Assembly: GCF_001194135.2 (NCBI RefSeq)
Contig: NC_068982.1
Coordinates: 26,900,984-26,948,095 of the forward strand
Direction: 5' to 3'
DNA length: 47,112 nucleotides
DNA from: Octopus bimaculoides
Lineage: Eukaryota
Shown: piece after piece, positions 12,176 through 24,526 of the stretch
How positions within the stretch are numbered: position 1 is the first letter of the stretch
How the letters are laid out: every line of letters begins with the position of its first letter
Made by a program: the position numbers and the translations under genes
Notes under the pieces: generated by a model
The model's input: only the letters and a program-made list of their open reading frames with translations
What the model was told of the DNA's origin: nothing
Databases searched by the model: none

Positions 12176-12967
12176 GTGTACATATGTGTGCGAGCAGATA
12201 AATTTACACTCGTGGGTATACATATTACTTTATGAAGAATCTTGGTGAGCAATTTTTCCTCGATTGTATCTGGAAAATGTGAATCAGTCTATTCTGCTTT
12301 TATTAATTAATTATTCTAGTGTTTTATTATTCTAGTGTTTTATTATTCTAGTGTTTTCTGCTTTAGTTTGTGGAGAACCCAAACGTTTCTCTGTTTTTAT
12401 GCAGATCTTATAGCTATTTAGTGAATACGTCACCAGTCTAGTGAAGGGGTCACTAGTATGGTGAGTTCACTATCTTCGTAGCTAATGTGTAGCACAGCCC
12501 AATGGAGTGTTCACAGTCTGGTTGAAGTGACGACGTCGGCGGTAGCAGTTTGTTGATAGTGTGTCTGTGTGTTCGTTCAATAGTAATTGGTATACAAAGA
12601 CAGACGGACAAAACTCGACCTTTTTCAATAGCAAAGTTTATTTATAGCAGGAGGTTACGTACAATGTTAATGTCTTGCATAAGATTTCCTGTAAAGAAGT
12701 AAACTGTGTTCTTGTGGAGATGTGTAGTGTCTTATAGAGATGTCTCTGGTGTGTTAACAGTAAATGAATGAATGCGTGAAGACATTAGTTATACTTTGTA
12801 TATGTAGAAGAGACTTGATAGAAGTGTTTCTAGATAGCATGAAGGTAACAACATTGAGTTTGGTCTATTCTGCCAGCGTCCGTGGAAGAAGAAGGCCAGC
12901 GTAAACCGCGATAGAGTAAAACAGCATGCCGAGAGTCCTTTGGAAGTGAAGCGAAGAAATCAAGGAA

Positions 12968-14680
12968 CTCTCTTTCTTTATTAGCCACACAGGGCCTAAC
13001 ACAGAGGGGACAGCACATGGTCAGGACAGAAACAAAAAAAGACAGATGGAAAGGATGAATTAGATAAAATGATAAATGAAAGGAAGTCATTCGGTCCCAC
13101 CTCCAAGCGACTTCATTGAACAACTTCTTTTTAAAACACTACTTGGAACAGTTCAAAATACTATTTCCAACAGCTAACTTTCATCTTTCCGAAGAATATC
13201 TATGTTAAATTTCTTTAGAAGTTCAAGATAGCTTACCCGTTCTGGTATTGTGCTGCTGTCTATTTTTCTTGATTCACCACTCAAAGTCCTCCTCATAATA
13301 CTTTACTCTCGAAAGATACTCTGGGTCTGCCACCACACAATGAATGTACGAGCAATCCCCTAACTTCTGTTATATTCACTTTTATCGCTCTGTCTCGCGA
13401 GTCTATCTCACTAAAAAGTTCTTCATTTTGTCCGTTGTACAGTATAACATATTTTTTTCTCACAGGGCAAGGGTGGGGAAGTTTGGGGCTCCTGTGTGCT
13501 TGTGCTTGTCTTTATGTCAGATGGGACATAGAGAAGGTTGGTGTCTGTAGAAGGAGGTTGGGGTAAAGTAGGTGTGGATGGGAATCGGATGGGTGTGGGA
13601 TGGGGGTCATCATTTACAAAGTGTGCTTTTTTCCTTCTCTTTCTTCTTTTTTTCCCAGCCGTTTCCCTTCCGTTCTTTTCCTCGTTCACCTCCTCTTCCT
13701 CGGCGCTGGAACTGGTTTTCGTCGATGGAAAAGTCGCGGTTTCCTTCCTGCTCTTGAGTTTCTCTTTAGTCTTTACGGGTGGCGGAGGACAGTCCGCTCT
13801 AATATGGCCTTTCAGGCCACATTTATAGCACCGCGGGATCCAGCCTTCTACTCTGACCCTGAGTGTCACCTCTTCGACCGTGATGGTCTCGACCATGTAT
13901 TCAAGGTCTTCCGGGGCCGTCTGGATTATCATATCTAGGCTCTGTCCTTGCCAGTTCTTGTGGAGTGTTCTGGTGGCCTGGAGGACCACTACTTTCTCTT
14001 CCGTGCCCAGCAGTATGACAGCTGCTAGTCAGGTTACATCAATTTCTTGGGGTATATCTTCTACCCTTACTCTGGAAGCACGCCTCCCAAGGTATATGAG
14101 TAGAAGCACCACTTCATCCGTTTTTAAGGGTGTTGCCAAGTGCAGCCTAGCAGTAGCTACCTCCCAGAACTGCACCTCCACCGTTCCAAACTTCCTTCCT
14201 CTGGCAAGGTAAGAAATCCCATGCCAAATTGGTTTTAATGCCTTTTCGATTTGAGTGGTCGACATGATTTCAATTTTCTTGGTTGTTGCTGAGTACGTCC
14301 TGTAAAAAATGGGGCTTCTTTTTCTTTTAAAACTTCTTTGGTGGGGGGACACTTTTACGTCGTTCCCCTCCCTTTTAAGCATTTCTTTGAATCTACTCAA
14401 CTCGTCCAGACACACGTCTTCGCTCCTCTCTTTCACCGCCTCTGCATAATTCTTCACCTCAATGCTTCGTCTATTCTATTCAGACTTTTAACCAGCCCTT
14501 CCTCAGACGACGTAAAGTCTGAAGAAGAAGAACACAAACTTTCGTATTCCATTATGAAAGCACAAACTTACGACGTTCTCCCATCAAACAAGAGGGAAGA
14601 CATCGAACAACACCGCCGCATGACGGCAAAACACACGTGTTCCACACAAAGACAGCAGTTCAACAGCAATCAACAAGACA
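12968..14680 (-). mobile_element. ORF1-only non-LTR retroelement (HAL1-like, L1/Tx1-type ORF1)
   Basis: 15-bp TSD with one mismatch (12953-67 and 14681-95); ORF1 with KNYAEAVK and zinc knuckle CYKCGLKGHIRADC; AATAAA at 12977-82 just before the 3' TSD; no APE or RT recognised. Confidence 0.8.
13423..14552 (-). pseudogene. Gag-like ORF1 with CCHC knuckle
   Basis: ATG at 14552, frameshift near 14460. ORFs 14029-14457 and 13423-13989 share a frame with one internal TGA; degenerate continuation to about 13250. Confidence 0.78.
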
Positions 14681-15132
14681 GAAGAAGTCAAGGAAGTCAA
14701 GGAAGTCCAGGAAGTCAAGGAACTCGATCGAATCATGGTGGCAGGCACATTGTGTAAGAGACAATCGGACGTAGCAGAGAACGCCTGTTCGAGGGAGCTA
14801 GTTAATTCAGCCAATCAGAGACTGAGTAAAGCTGTAACCTACCAGTGTCACCTGAGTCTACTTTGAAGGTCAAAAGCGCATCTTTTAACTAAAGCTAATA
14901 CAGAAATGCTACAGCTTACTTAGTCCAGTGCAGTTGTGATGATAGATATAAATAAAATTTATAGCCTGGATATAAGACCCTGTAGGTTTTAATATATATC
15001 TATGTACATACATACATACACACAAACACGCACACATATACATATACATATTTATATACGCGCATATACATGCATACATATATACATATATACATCTGTA
15101 ATATATACGCACATGTGCACATATACCTGCAA

Positions 15133-15163
<31 letters not shown>

Positions 15164-15319
15164 CAAATATATACTTATATATATATACATGTGTATGCAT
15201 TCATACATACATACATACATACATAGTTTCTTGGGCAAGATGAGATATGTCCGTCAGAAATGACGGACCCATAAATAAGGAGGGTACTAGGAATGAATAG
15301 CTCGGAAGAATAAAGAGAA

Positions 15320-16220
15320 TATGATTATCGAAACTCTCAGATTACAACAAGTATATTGCACCTTTGCAGTATTGGTTCTCACACCTAAGTTTGACCTTCT
15401 GAACTGGTCACTACAAAAACTCAGCAGTATAGATGTTCAAACTCGCAAGCTGTTCCCTGTTACAGGAAACTTCAACATTAATGGAGATGTAGACAGCTTA
15501 TACTTCCCACGCAAGGATGGTGACTGTGGTCTCAGATTTGTATTGTGACACTGAAACAACATTCGCAGCAGAGAAAGGAGACCAGTAACTATCTTGCCCA
15601 TGTTTGTGACCATGAAATCAACAATATAATTAGGATAGCTCATGAATTTGAGGAGAGGTATGAAATAAGAGTTGATACAGATCTCTCCCAAAGGAGCATT
15701 GGTAAAAATTTGTTTAATCAGAACAACAGAATAACTGAAGATATCAACCAAATATTATCTTCCCATGAGGCATGATTCGGTGGCCAGAACAGTTTTGAAC
15801 AAGGTGACAAAAAAGAAAACATCTACAAACGAAGTTGACCATATTGAGACCGATGGATCAAAAGAATATTGGTGGAACTTAAAACTAAAATAGCCACCAA
15901 GTTAAAATACAACCGACAAGATATAGTTGTATGAAGCCACAAAGAAAAAAATGTGTTCTGTTGCGGAAATCAGCTGCTTTCTGAACACCAATGTGGTTAG
16001 AAAAATACAAGAGGGCATCTCTGGACTATCGATAAAGAGTTTGCAAATCCAGTACTCAGGATACACTTTCAGCTTCATACCTAATATTATTGGAACAACA
16101 GTATACATACCAACACAGCTGGAACAATGTATGGCTGAACTTTGGGTCTTGGGGAGATAAAGTAAACCCTTAATTCATACGCTTCAAATGATCACGATAC
16201 CTGGGACTATAAAAATCTGA
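15320..16220 (+). pseudogene. Degenerate R4/Dong-like LINE fragment (RT thumb and RLE)
   Basis: LLNWSLQKLSSIDVQTRKL...DVDSLYFPRKDG..GL; RHDSVART; QDIVV...; FIPNIIG. Confidence 0.75.
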
Positions 16221-16429
16221 AAGACCCTAAGTTTTAAAGGATGGCGGTTAAAACAAAATGCTTTCCTTCACAACCTTGCTACCAAGAAGTTGACCAGTCA
16301 AAAGTTACTCTAAATTAAAAACAGAAAGAAACGAACATGCGTAATGTTATCGACAAGCTGTACCTAAGAAGAGATAGAAATAGAGATTCGAGATGAGTAC
16401 AGACAGCCTTCGAATGTCGTATATTCTCT

Positions 16430-17415
16430 CTCAGACAGCACTTGCTACACAACAGCAAATATAAATACATTTATAGTGCTGAAAAGTGAAGAGAACAATA
16501 TGTTATGTGTCAGCAATAAACTCCTCAGGGAGTACTCTCTTCCCAATGACCTCACTCCTACAACCCCCAAAACATCTGGACTAACATACCTTAAAAGAAC
16601 ACTGTATGCATAACACTCAGCTTACCAAAAAATGACCATGCATTTGGTATGTTTCCAGAACACGTGAAGACGGTAATGTTGACATGAAGCGATGCCTTTC
16701 CTGGACTCCTGGCGGCTACATCACATCACAGTCGAAGGATATGCATTTGCAATCTAAGAACAGGAGACTGCTACGAAATACCTAATAAACAAAAAAGACG
16801 GTAACGCCCTTGGAGCTCCAAGATGCAACCGAGAATGTAGATTATATCACATTTCTGTAGAAGTCTTCACACATGTGATTAATAGCTACCCAAAAATGTC
16901 ATCACAGTACAATCTCTCCAAGCGACAAGACGTTGTCGCAAAAACAATATACAATGCAATTTGGAAAAAAGATTGTCCTGGAATATTGAGAATCCCTCTG
17001 TTATTGAATACATACTAAACATCAACATAAGGAATACTGAGGGAACATTTCCCATCAAAACACCTATCAAGTGTAAATATAATAGGCCAGAAATTTTTGT
17101 TTTGGACAGACAAAAAATGTATTTACCGCTCTGGAAATCAGCTGCTGTAAATATCTCTTTGAAAAATATCAAAGAGAAAGAGGATAACTATGGACAACTG
17201 TTTCGAAACCTCTAGTTTCTATATCCGGATTATTAATTCACATTTACGCCTATAACAATCGGTGCACTTGGCTTTGTGAGTAAATGCCTCAGTAACAATC
17301 TGGATAAGCTTGGGTTTTCAGGAACAGAAATCAACCCACTGACTCGCGCGTTATACATAGAATCTGTAAGTAAAACAGTAAAAATATGCAAGACTTTTCT
17401 CAAGTTGGAAATGTG
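16430..17415 (+). pseudogene. Degenerate 3' half of an R4/Dong-like LINE
   Basis: EGYAFAI.EQE.ATKYL; RQDVVAKTIY; KCKYNRPEIFV; KEKEDNYGQLFRNL; PITIGALG; SVSKTVKICKTFLK. Confidence 0.8.
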
Positions 17416-18593
17416 ACATTGTTTTTGTTATCTGTATTTCAAGGATGAAGTTTTGTGTCTTTGTAAGAAACCTGCTCCTTCCTCAGAAGAAGAATTAAAA
17501 TAATTAAAATCAGAAGAGAACATACATACATACATACATACATACATATGTATACTGAACTTCCATTTTCATTTTGTCTGTTACAATTTAGAAACAGAAT
17601 TACTCAATCAGAGCTAAGCTGAGAACTAAACAACACGAATGGCATTGAAATATAAACATCCGGTATCGCATACATTAATATTTAAGGAACCATTCATTAT
17701 TTGTTTTAATATTCATGTAATTACTGTGAGATAGATAAGTAGAAAAATATTCTCAATATCCAGATAATTGCATTAGAAAATATACTTACGCACTCGCTGA
17801 GATATATATTTTATAAATTTCCGTCTTAAGAGTACATATCCTTTGCTTATTAAAGATAATTTGACCGAATTCGTAGGTTTTTTTGTTGGTGTTTTTTTTT
17901 GTGCTTCGTTTTCCACTTATTTTTACTTGTTGCTTGTCAATTATTTTTGTCTTGCATTTCCTTTTAGTCTTTGGCTTCCTTTACTTTTATTTGTTTATTT
18001 ATGGGTGTATATATTGGCGTTATTTGATGGCATATATAGAAGCGTTCATAATATTATGTCTAGAGTGTGGTGGGCAAGCAGAGTCATTAAAGTGGTATTT
18101 ATTTTAGCTCACATCATTCCGATTTCAAATCTCACTTTGGTCAACTTTGCTTTTCATCCCTTCGGAGTTGTGAAAATACAGCACCACTCAAGAACTAGAA
18201 TCGATATAATCAACAAATATTTCTCCTAAAATATTTGGCCTTGTTGCTAAGTAGAAATTATTAATTATTCTTCAGTCGTTGTAGGGTTTTCTCGCGTCTG
18301 AAGATTTCAATTTCCTATGTAGATATACGCACGCAACCATAAACAATGTGTGTGTGTGTGTGTGTGTGAGCTCGGAAGTCATCAAAATCTTTAGTTTCTT
18401 TTTATACATTTTTCTTGCGCCATTTTGTTAATAAACCAGCTACCAAGCTTTAAGATTTTAAATTTTATAAAGCGAAGTTACATATTAAAAAAAAAAATGA
18501 CTCCTGAAATCGAGGGAAAAGATAGCTTTTTCAAGAGCTTTTATGAAAATAATTTCTCATTACCACCTACAATAATTAACATGGGTAGAGAAA

Positions 18594-18953
18594 CATCGTA
18601 AAGCTGTGATACGAGAAGATGTTGAAAAATCGGGTATAGCTGATCATGTAAGGAAAAGCAGAGACCACCTTCCCCTGTGGGATGAAGTTGAGATAATAGA
18701 CAGAGAACACCACTAGAAAATACGAAAACTAAAAGAGGCAGCACATATGCTAGGACACGATAACCTCCTAAGCAGACCTAGTGCAGATATGAGTAGAATA
18801 TGGGGACCGGTATTAAGGAAGGGTACAAAAATATTAGGCGTATAAACCCAAAAATTCACTCTATAATTGCTCACAGGTATATAACGTAATGGTTTAGAGC
18901 GCAGGCTACTAACCCTTAGATTGCGAGTTCAATTGCAGGCAGTGCCTTGAATA

Positions 18954-18987
<34 letters not shown>

Positions 18988-19150
18988 TTAGCAAAAAATA
19001 CCTTACGAACGAGAACCCAGGATTAGGTTCAAAATTCTACTAGGACACCTGATGAAGGCTGGAGAGTAAATCAATTGAACAACAAAGATGAAGACACATA
19101 GCCGTCCAATGTTAATAATGTAGAGAATGTATAAATAACAATAGCAACGA
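18594..19150 (+). mobile_element. Penelope-like element 3' remnant (GIY-YIG C-terminus and terminal repeat)
   Basis: HRKAVIREDVEKSGIADHV...WDEVEIIDREHH*KIRKLKEAAHM...IWGPVLR (18594-18818); CTGATGAAGGCT half-hammerhead at 19049. Confidence 0.75.
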
Positions 19151-20295
19151 TAGCAACAAAGGCGACGGAAATGACACAAATGAAAAGAGACTGGGGTCAG
19201 GTGCCAATGACAAATTATTTTCATAATAGCTCTTGAAAAAGCTTGGCATCATACGCCAGAGCTCTGCAAATACTAACATAACTAACGACAGTGTCATGCA
19301 AAACGAAGAGAATACGGAAACAAACACGGTATCCACTACCAGCACAAGCTTTAATTCAATAAAACCAGTAAATACTAAGGATTGCAAACAAAGTGCAAAG
19401 TGAAAATTAGAGGCAGTGTAATTATTAGCGACAGAAGCAGTATTAAATCCAAAAGGTATTAGCGTAGAAGTTTTGTTGGAACGCCGAAAAAAATGTCTTT
19501 TGGTACTAATACTACTTCTGTAACTAATAATCAATTTTTTAAAAGCTTGATGGCTATTTGTGACATCGGTGCCTGAAAATTCACTGATATTCTATATATG
19601 GTTGGCAGTGAGATCCCGCTGGTATACGGCTACCGGACGTCTAACGCAGATGAGACGGGGTACATCGAAATCATGTGATCTTGCTATTCTTGCTCCTGCA
19701 GTAGACGATTCTCGTCTACCAACGATATAAACATGCGTGCTTTTGTGCATCATGCTTCCATATGGGAGATTTTCTCAAGGTAAATAATGAAGCGTCCGAC
19801 AGAACATCCACGTTAAGTTGGATATAAAGAATCTTTTAGAAGAAGTAAGGAATACAAAATCTCATCTCAACAAAAATGGTAGAATAATTTATCTAAACAC
19901 ACCGCTTTTACTCTCAAGCGGAAGCCCAAAGGAAAACAACGATATACAAAAATGATTTGAGTGACCCAGTTTGAAAAGTACATTAAACTAATCTGGTGTA
20001 TAAAAATCTACGTTCCTCAAGCAAGACTTCTGGCACTGTTCAGGTGAGGCTTGGAACTGAAAAAGAAGCTGACGAAAGTTCTACGAAAACATTAAAATGC
20101 TATGAGTTGCCTCCATCTTTACGTTTTGAGTTCAAATGCTGCCGAGATCTGTTTTGCCTATCATCATTTGGAGGTCTATAAAATAAGATATCCATCAAAT
20201 ATGAATGTAATAGTATCAATTTACCCATTCCGCTAAAAAATTTCTGTCCTTGTGCCAAAATTTCAAACCATTATTATTATTATTATTATTATTGT

Positions 20296-20575
20296 TCAGT
20301 AGTTTTATTTTTATAACGTGCTTTCACTTCACTACCGAGCGCAGCTCTGTGTGCCTTGGGTATGTGCTGTGGTTTGCTGTGATGCTCTTATGGTTACTGT
20401 ATTGGAAGTGTTTTGCGTAGGATGTGTGCAGTGCCCAGTAGTGCAATTTTCTGTATGTTATATATATTTGTAAGTCCTGGTGTTTTGTTATGTATTTGTC
20501 TGAATATTTTTTTATTATACCTAAGGCACCTACTATGATAGGAATTGTTTCTGTTTTTAGATTCCACATTCGAGA
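20296..20575 (-). mobile_element. 5'-truncated Dong-like LINE 3' end inside (TTA)n
   Basis: MWNLKTETIPIIVGALG...QKIALLGTAHILRKTL; (TTA)n on both flanks. Confidence 0.85.
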
Positions 20576-20599
20576 TTATCATTATTATTATTTTTGTTA

Positions 20600-20654
<55 letters not shown>

Positions 20655-20655
<1 letters not shown>

Positions 20656-20791
20656 TCAAATTCCGTCGAGTTCGACTTTACCTTTCATCGTTTCGGGGTC
20701 GATAAAATAAGTACCAGTTGAACACTGGGGTCGTTGTTATCGACCTTATTCCCTCCCCCAAAATTGCTGCCCTTGTGGAAAAATTTAAAAC

Positions 20792-20875
<84 letters not shown>

Positions 20876-20894
20876 CATTATTATTATTATTATT
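20655..20894 (+). mobile_element. 5'-truncated SINE family A with (ATT)n tail abutting an ENT exon
   Basis: ttcaaattccgtcgagttcgacttt...aaatttaaaacc followed by about 34 ATT units. Confidence 0.85.
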
Positions 20895-20896
20895 AG

Positions 20897-20978
20897 ATGG
20901 AACATTGTTCAAATTATCCTGATAATCCAAGGATTGGCTACTTTAATGCCATGGAATATGTTCATAAATGCGAAATCA
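20897..20978 (+). CDS. SLC29A (ENT family): ENT exon, TM1
   Basis: WNIVQIILIIQGLATLMPWNMFINAKS matches the ENT G-x-x-T-L-x-PWN motif; AG acceptor and GTAAGT donor. Confidence 0.93.
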
Positions 20979-21061
20979 GTAAGTATTTTATTTTACCACA
21001 TAACATTACTCAGTATGACGTTGCTTAAACCTAAGTTTATATATGTCTGGATGTATGTATG

Positions 21062-21430
21062 TATGGCTGTGTGATAAGAAATCTGCTTCCCATTCACATG
21101 GTTCCGGATTCAGTCCCACTGTGTAGCACTTTGGGCAAGTGTCTTCCGCTATAGCCTCGAGTCGGTCAAGGTCTTATGAGTGCGTTTGGTAGACGGAAAC
21201 TGAAAGAAGCCCGTCGTGTGTGTGTGTGTCTTTGTGCCTGTGTTTCTCTCCATCACTACTAGATAACTGGTGCTGATGAGTTTACGTCCCCATAACTTAG
21301 CAGTTCGGCAATACAGACCGATAGAATGAGTACCAATCTTAAATTGGATTAAGTAATGGGATCGAATCTTTAGACTAAAATTCTTCAAGTTTGTGTCTCA
21401 TAATGACTGCAGTCTAATGACTAGAACAAA
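21062..21430 (+). mobile_element. tRNA-derived SINE, family B
   Basis: tggctgtgtgataag...ggttccggattcagtcccact...ttgggcaagtgtcttc; reverse-complement homolog of 45925-46355. Confidence 0.85.
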
Positions 21431-22433
21431 TAAAGGATAAAGAATGAAAGATATTACGCAAGCATATGTTCTTATTTGCAACGAAATTAAGAGTTTTCAA
21501 TACTAGGAATCGGCGATTTACTCTAGTGCTACAGTTTCGCATCACCTGTGCTCAATCAGTCAACATTTGAAATGAATGGTTGAATTGACAAAACATCGGT
21601 TATTCGATTCTCAGCGGTCAAAATCAATCAAGTAATAGTTTGGCACAAACCCCTTGTGTATAATGTTACTGCTGAGGGCTTTAAGGCCATTGTAGCTACT
21701 GTGTAGGGAAAATACTTAAGGTTAAGTGCAATTAGCGATCTCAATACCAAGACTATAACGAACACTAGGAAGTTGCTCTTATACTATGGCGATTTTTATA
21801 TGGTTTAAAAGAAAGATAATTCTTTGATCAACGTTTCCGTGAGTATCTACGATGGAGCAGAAGTATCTAATATCGTAGAACTGTTAATGCCAGACACCCT
21901 CAGAAAAGTAACCTCAATGGTGTTATAGACTACGTATTTCTAGGACGACATTATGCATTCTTCCATTTGAAGAAGGTATAGACGTGATTTAACGGAGATT
22001 TCTGTGTGGTATTTCAGTTGCTATTTCTAGCTACCGAGATACCACAGAGTGACTCTATCCTTGGCTCGTTTTGTGGCTAACACCGCTAAGATTGTTCTTG
22101 CTAGAAAATAGGATATCATAAGACGTTTATATAGATATAACAAGAAAGTTAGTCCATAATGTTAACCTCTACATAAACCAACAAGGTATATTCTACGTAG
22201 TCGCACATCCTGCAAGAAACAGCTCCTAATTCGTCTTTAAATTACACCTTATCTTCTTAAACAAAAAAAAATGGACACTAGATAACATAGCTATAGATAA
22301 CCGTAACAAGAATGGAAGGTCATGATTAGACTGCCTTTAATCATAATTCTGTCTGCTCGATCAGGGCTAAACAATTACGACCATAAAATCTGAAACAAGA
22401 AAATTGCTAAACAGCGTTTATTTACTTTTCTAG

Positions 22434-22579
22434 TATTTTGAAAACTACAAACTTTCCACCAACGGTACCGACCAAGAAATCAATGAATACAAGACTAATT
22501 TCATGAGTTACATCACAATATGTTCCATGGTTCCGAGTGTCATATTTTCTGTATTGAATACGTTTATTACTCGAAACAG
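22434..22579 (+). CDS. SLC29A (ENT family): ENT exon, extracellular loop and TM2
   Basis: ttctag|YFENYKLSTNGTDQEINEYKTNFMSYITICSMVPSVIFSVLNTFITRN|gtaaga; phase 0 to 2, with an N-glycosylation sequon (NGT). Confidence 0.93.
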
Positions 22580-24130
22580 GTAAGATGTTTAACACACTTC
22601 TATATTCTTAAGAAATCAAATCACGCAGTTATTGTATTTGCCTTCTCGTACAAATAAAATCCAATTGGCTTTTCCCTACAAATCATGTCAGTGTATGAAA
22701 TTAACATAACATTATCATCATCTCTGTCATTATCTTTATCATGACCATTGTTAGAGCAAAACTAGTATAGGAGGATAATTCATAACTGTTCATCAGTCCG
22801 AAGATATTTCAGGATAAGTCGAGAAAGGTGTGAGATAACACTGGCTGAAGAATCCTAAGGTTCGTTTTCAGTCCGTGACTGAATATGTCTATGCCTAAAA
22901 CTTATTTCGCGCTAGTCGTATTCCCGTAACTCTAAATATATACTATACGATATTTGACTCACCATTGCAGAAACTGACAGCACTGTATAACTGATAAATG
23001 TTTTGCAGGCTTTTTTGTGGTAAGCCTTTTCATGATTTTATGTGATAAGCCTTTTATTCTTATGACTTTTGACTAGTCTTTTCATTATATTATGATTTAT
23101 GACGAGTCTTTTCATAATATTATTGCCATTATTCATCATTTGTGACTTATTTTTCGTGAGTGTATGTATTGCATATATGCTCATCTAAATTAAGAGGTTA
23201 CATTATGATTTGAGGGAGATTTGGCTGATACTTCTAGCAGGTCAGAAGACCATTTAATGATTACCTCGTTAGCGTATCTTCTCATTCGTCTGTAAAAAGT
23301 GAGAATACCGTTGGCAAAGTCCACTCAGTTTCAAGTGTTCGAGCCAGTGTTTTAGTTTGAAGATATGTTCCTTTCTCCTTCCCACCCGTCTCAGATGCTT
23401 TTAAAACGGTCATGGTCACTATTTTTTTTTTTGCCAAAAGATACATACATACATACATACATACATACATACATACATACATACACGGAGACATCAAACA
23501 TATCAGCAGCTGCTCAAAAATGTCATCAAGGCGATACGACGTTGTCACAAAAACAATATACAATGTCTTTACGATAAAAAGACTGTAATGTGCTAAAAAC
23601 TGCAGCGAAATGTCCCTCAAGAAGCAGCCTATTGTCTTGAAAAATGATATTGTAGTTCTAGTCAGCCCCAAATAGATATGAACGATTTTAATCAGGGATC
23701 TAATTGCTTAGGGCCAACCTGGGGTTAATTAACTAGAACAACGTCTAACCGTTATATTTAAGATGCGACATGTAAAACTTTCATGGGCTTCGCTGGCTTT
23801 CAGTGATTAGTTTTATTGCCCACCTTACTCATTATTCCCACAGTTGTTTGCTGATGTTTTGACTACCCTCATTTTATATCTATGCTCCAGATCATCTCCC
23901 CACAGATATTTCGATCAAATTTACTTAACAGTAGTTTGTTTTTCTAGCCTTATTCTCACTTTCCTAGAGTTACTCTATACCGTTTATTTTTTTCGATGCC
24001 AAAAGTAACAGTTAGTAAGGCAACTAAAGTGCAATGTACCTAAAGCAAATGATGTTAAAGTTTAAATACGCGATAGGTCATATCTTACACAACAGAGTGA
24101 AGTAAGATGCGAAGAAGAGTGTGAAAGATA

Positions 24131-24193
<63 letters not shown>

Positions 24194-24491
24194 AAGGAGA
24201 GAAATGGTGATAACAAAATAAAGGGCAAAAGAGTAAAGCAGAAAACAGAAAATTCTAAAATAAAGAAAAAGGAAGTAATTCTTATGTTCGAAAGCCTAGA
24301 TTATGGATACATATGAAGGAATAACAGTTTGAATGTAGTAAGAAAAATAAATATATCGAGTGGATTTCGAGGAAAGGCGTCTTTGTGTGCGTGCGTAAGT
24401 ATGCGTGTGTGTTTACATGTGTGTGTGTGGTGTGTGTGTGTGTGTTTGTGTATTCATGCGCATGAGAGCATGTAAACTTGTTTGATTGCGT

Positions 24492-24526
<35 letters not shown>

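Larger units (their letters stand above)
12300..14913 (-). mobile_element. Probable gypsy-type 5' LTR (about 635 bp once the insert is removed) with a PBS-like site
   Basis: TGTAGC at 14913 and TCAACA at 12551; TATAAATAAA near the end; then AACTGCTACCGCCGACGTC, resembling a tRNA-Trp PBS (TGGTGACCCCGACGTG). No gag or pol seen. Confidence 0.45.

Noticed and set aside
17843-18229. Hydrophobic 128-aa ORF as a membrane-protein exon
   Set aside because: Produced by T-rich sequence plus a decayed SINE; not needed in the ENT phase chain.
19150-19550. Coding-like Asn/Thr/Ser-rich stretch on the + strand
   Set aside because: Several stops, no recognisable motif, and no fit with the ENT exon chain.
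20060-20100. CTGACGA...GAAA motif
   Set aside because: Only 2 bp of stem II and no stems I or III; likely chance.
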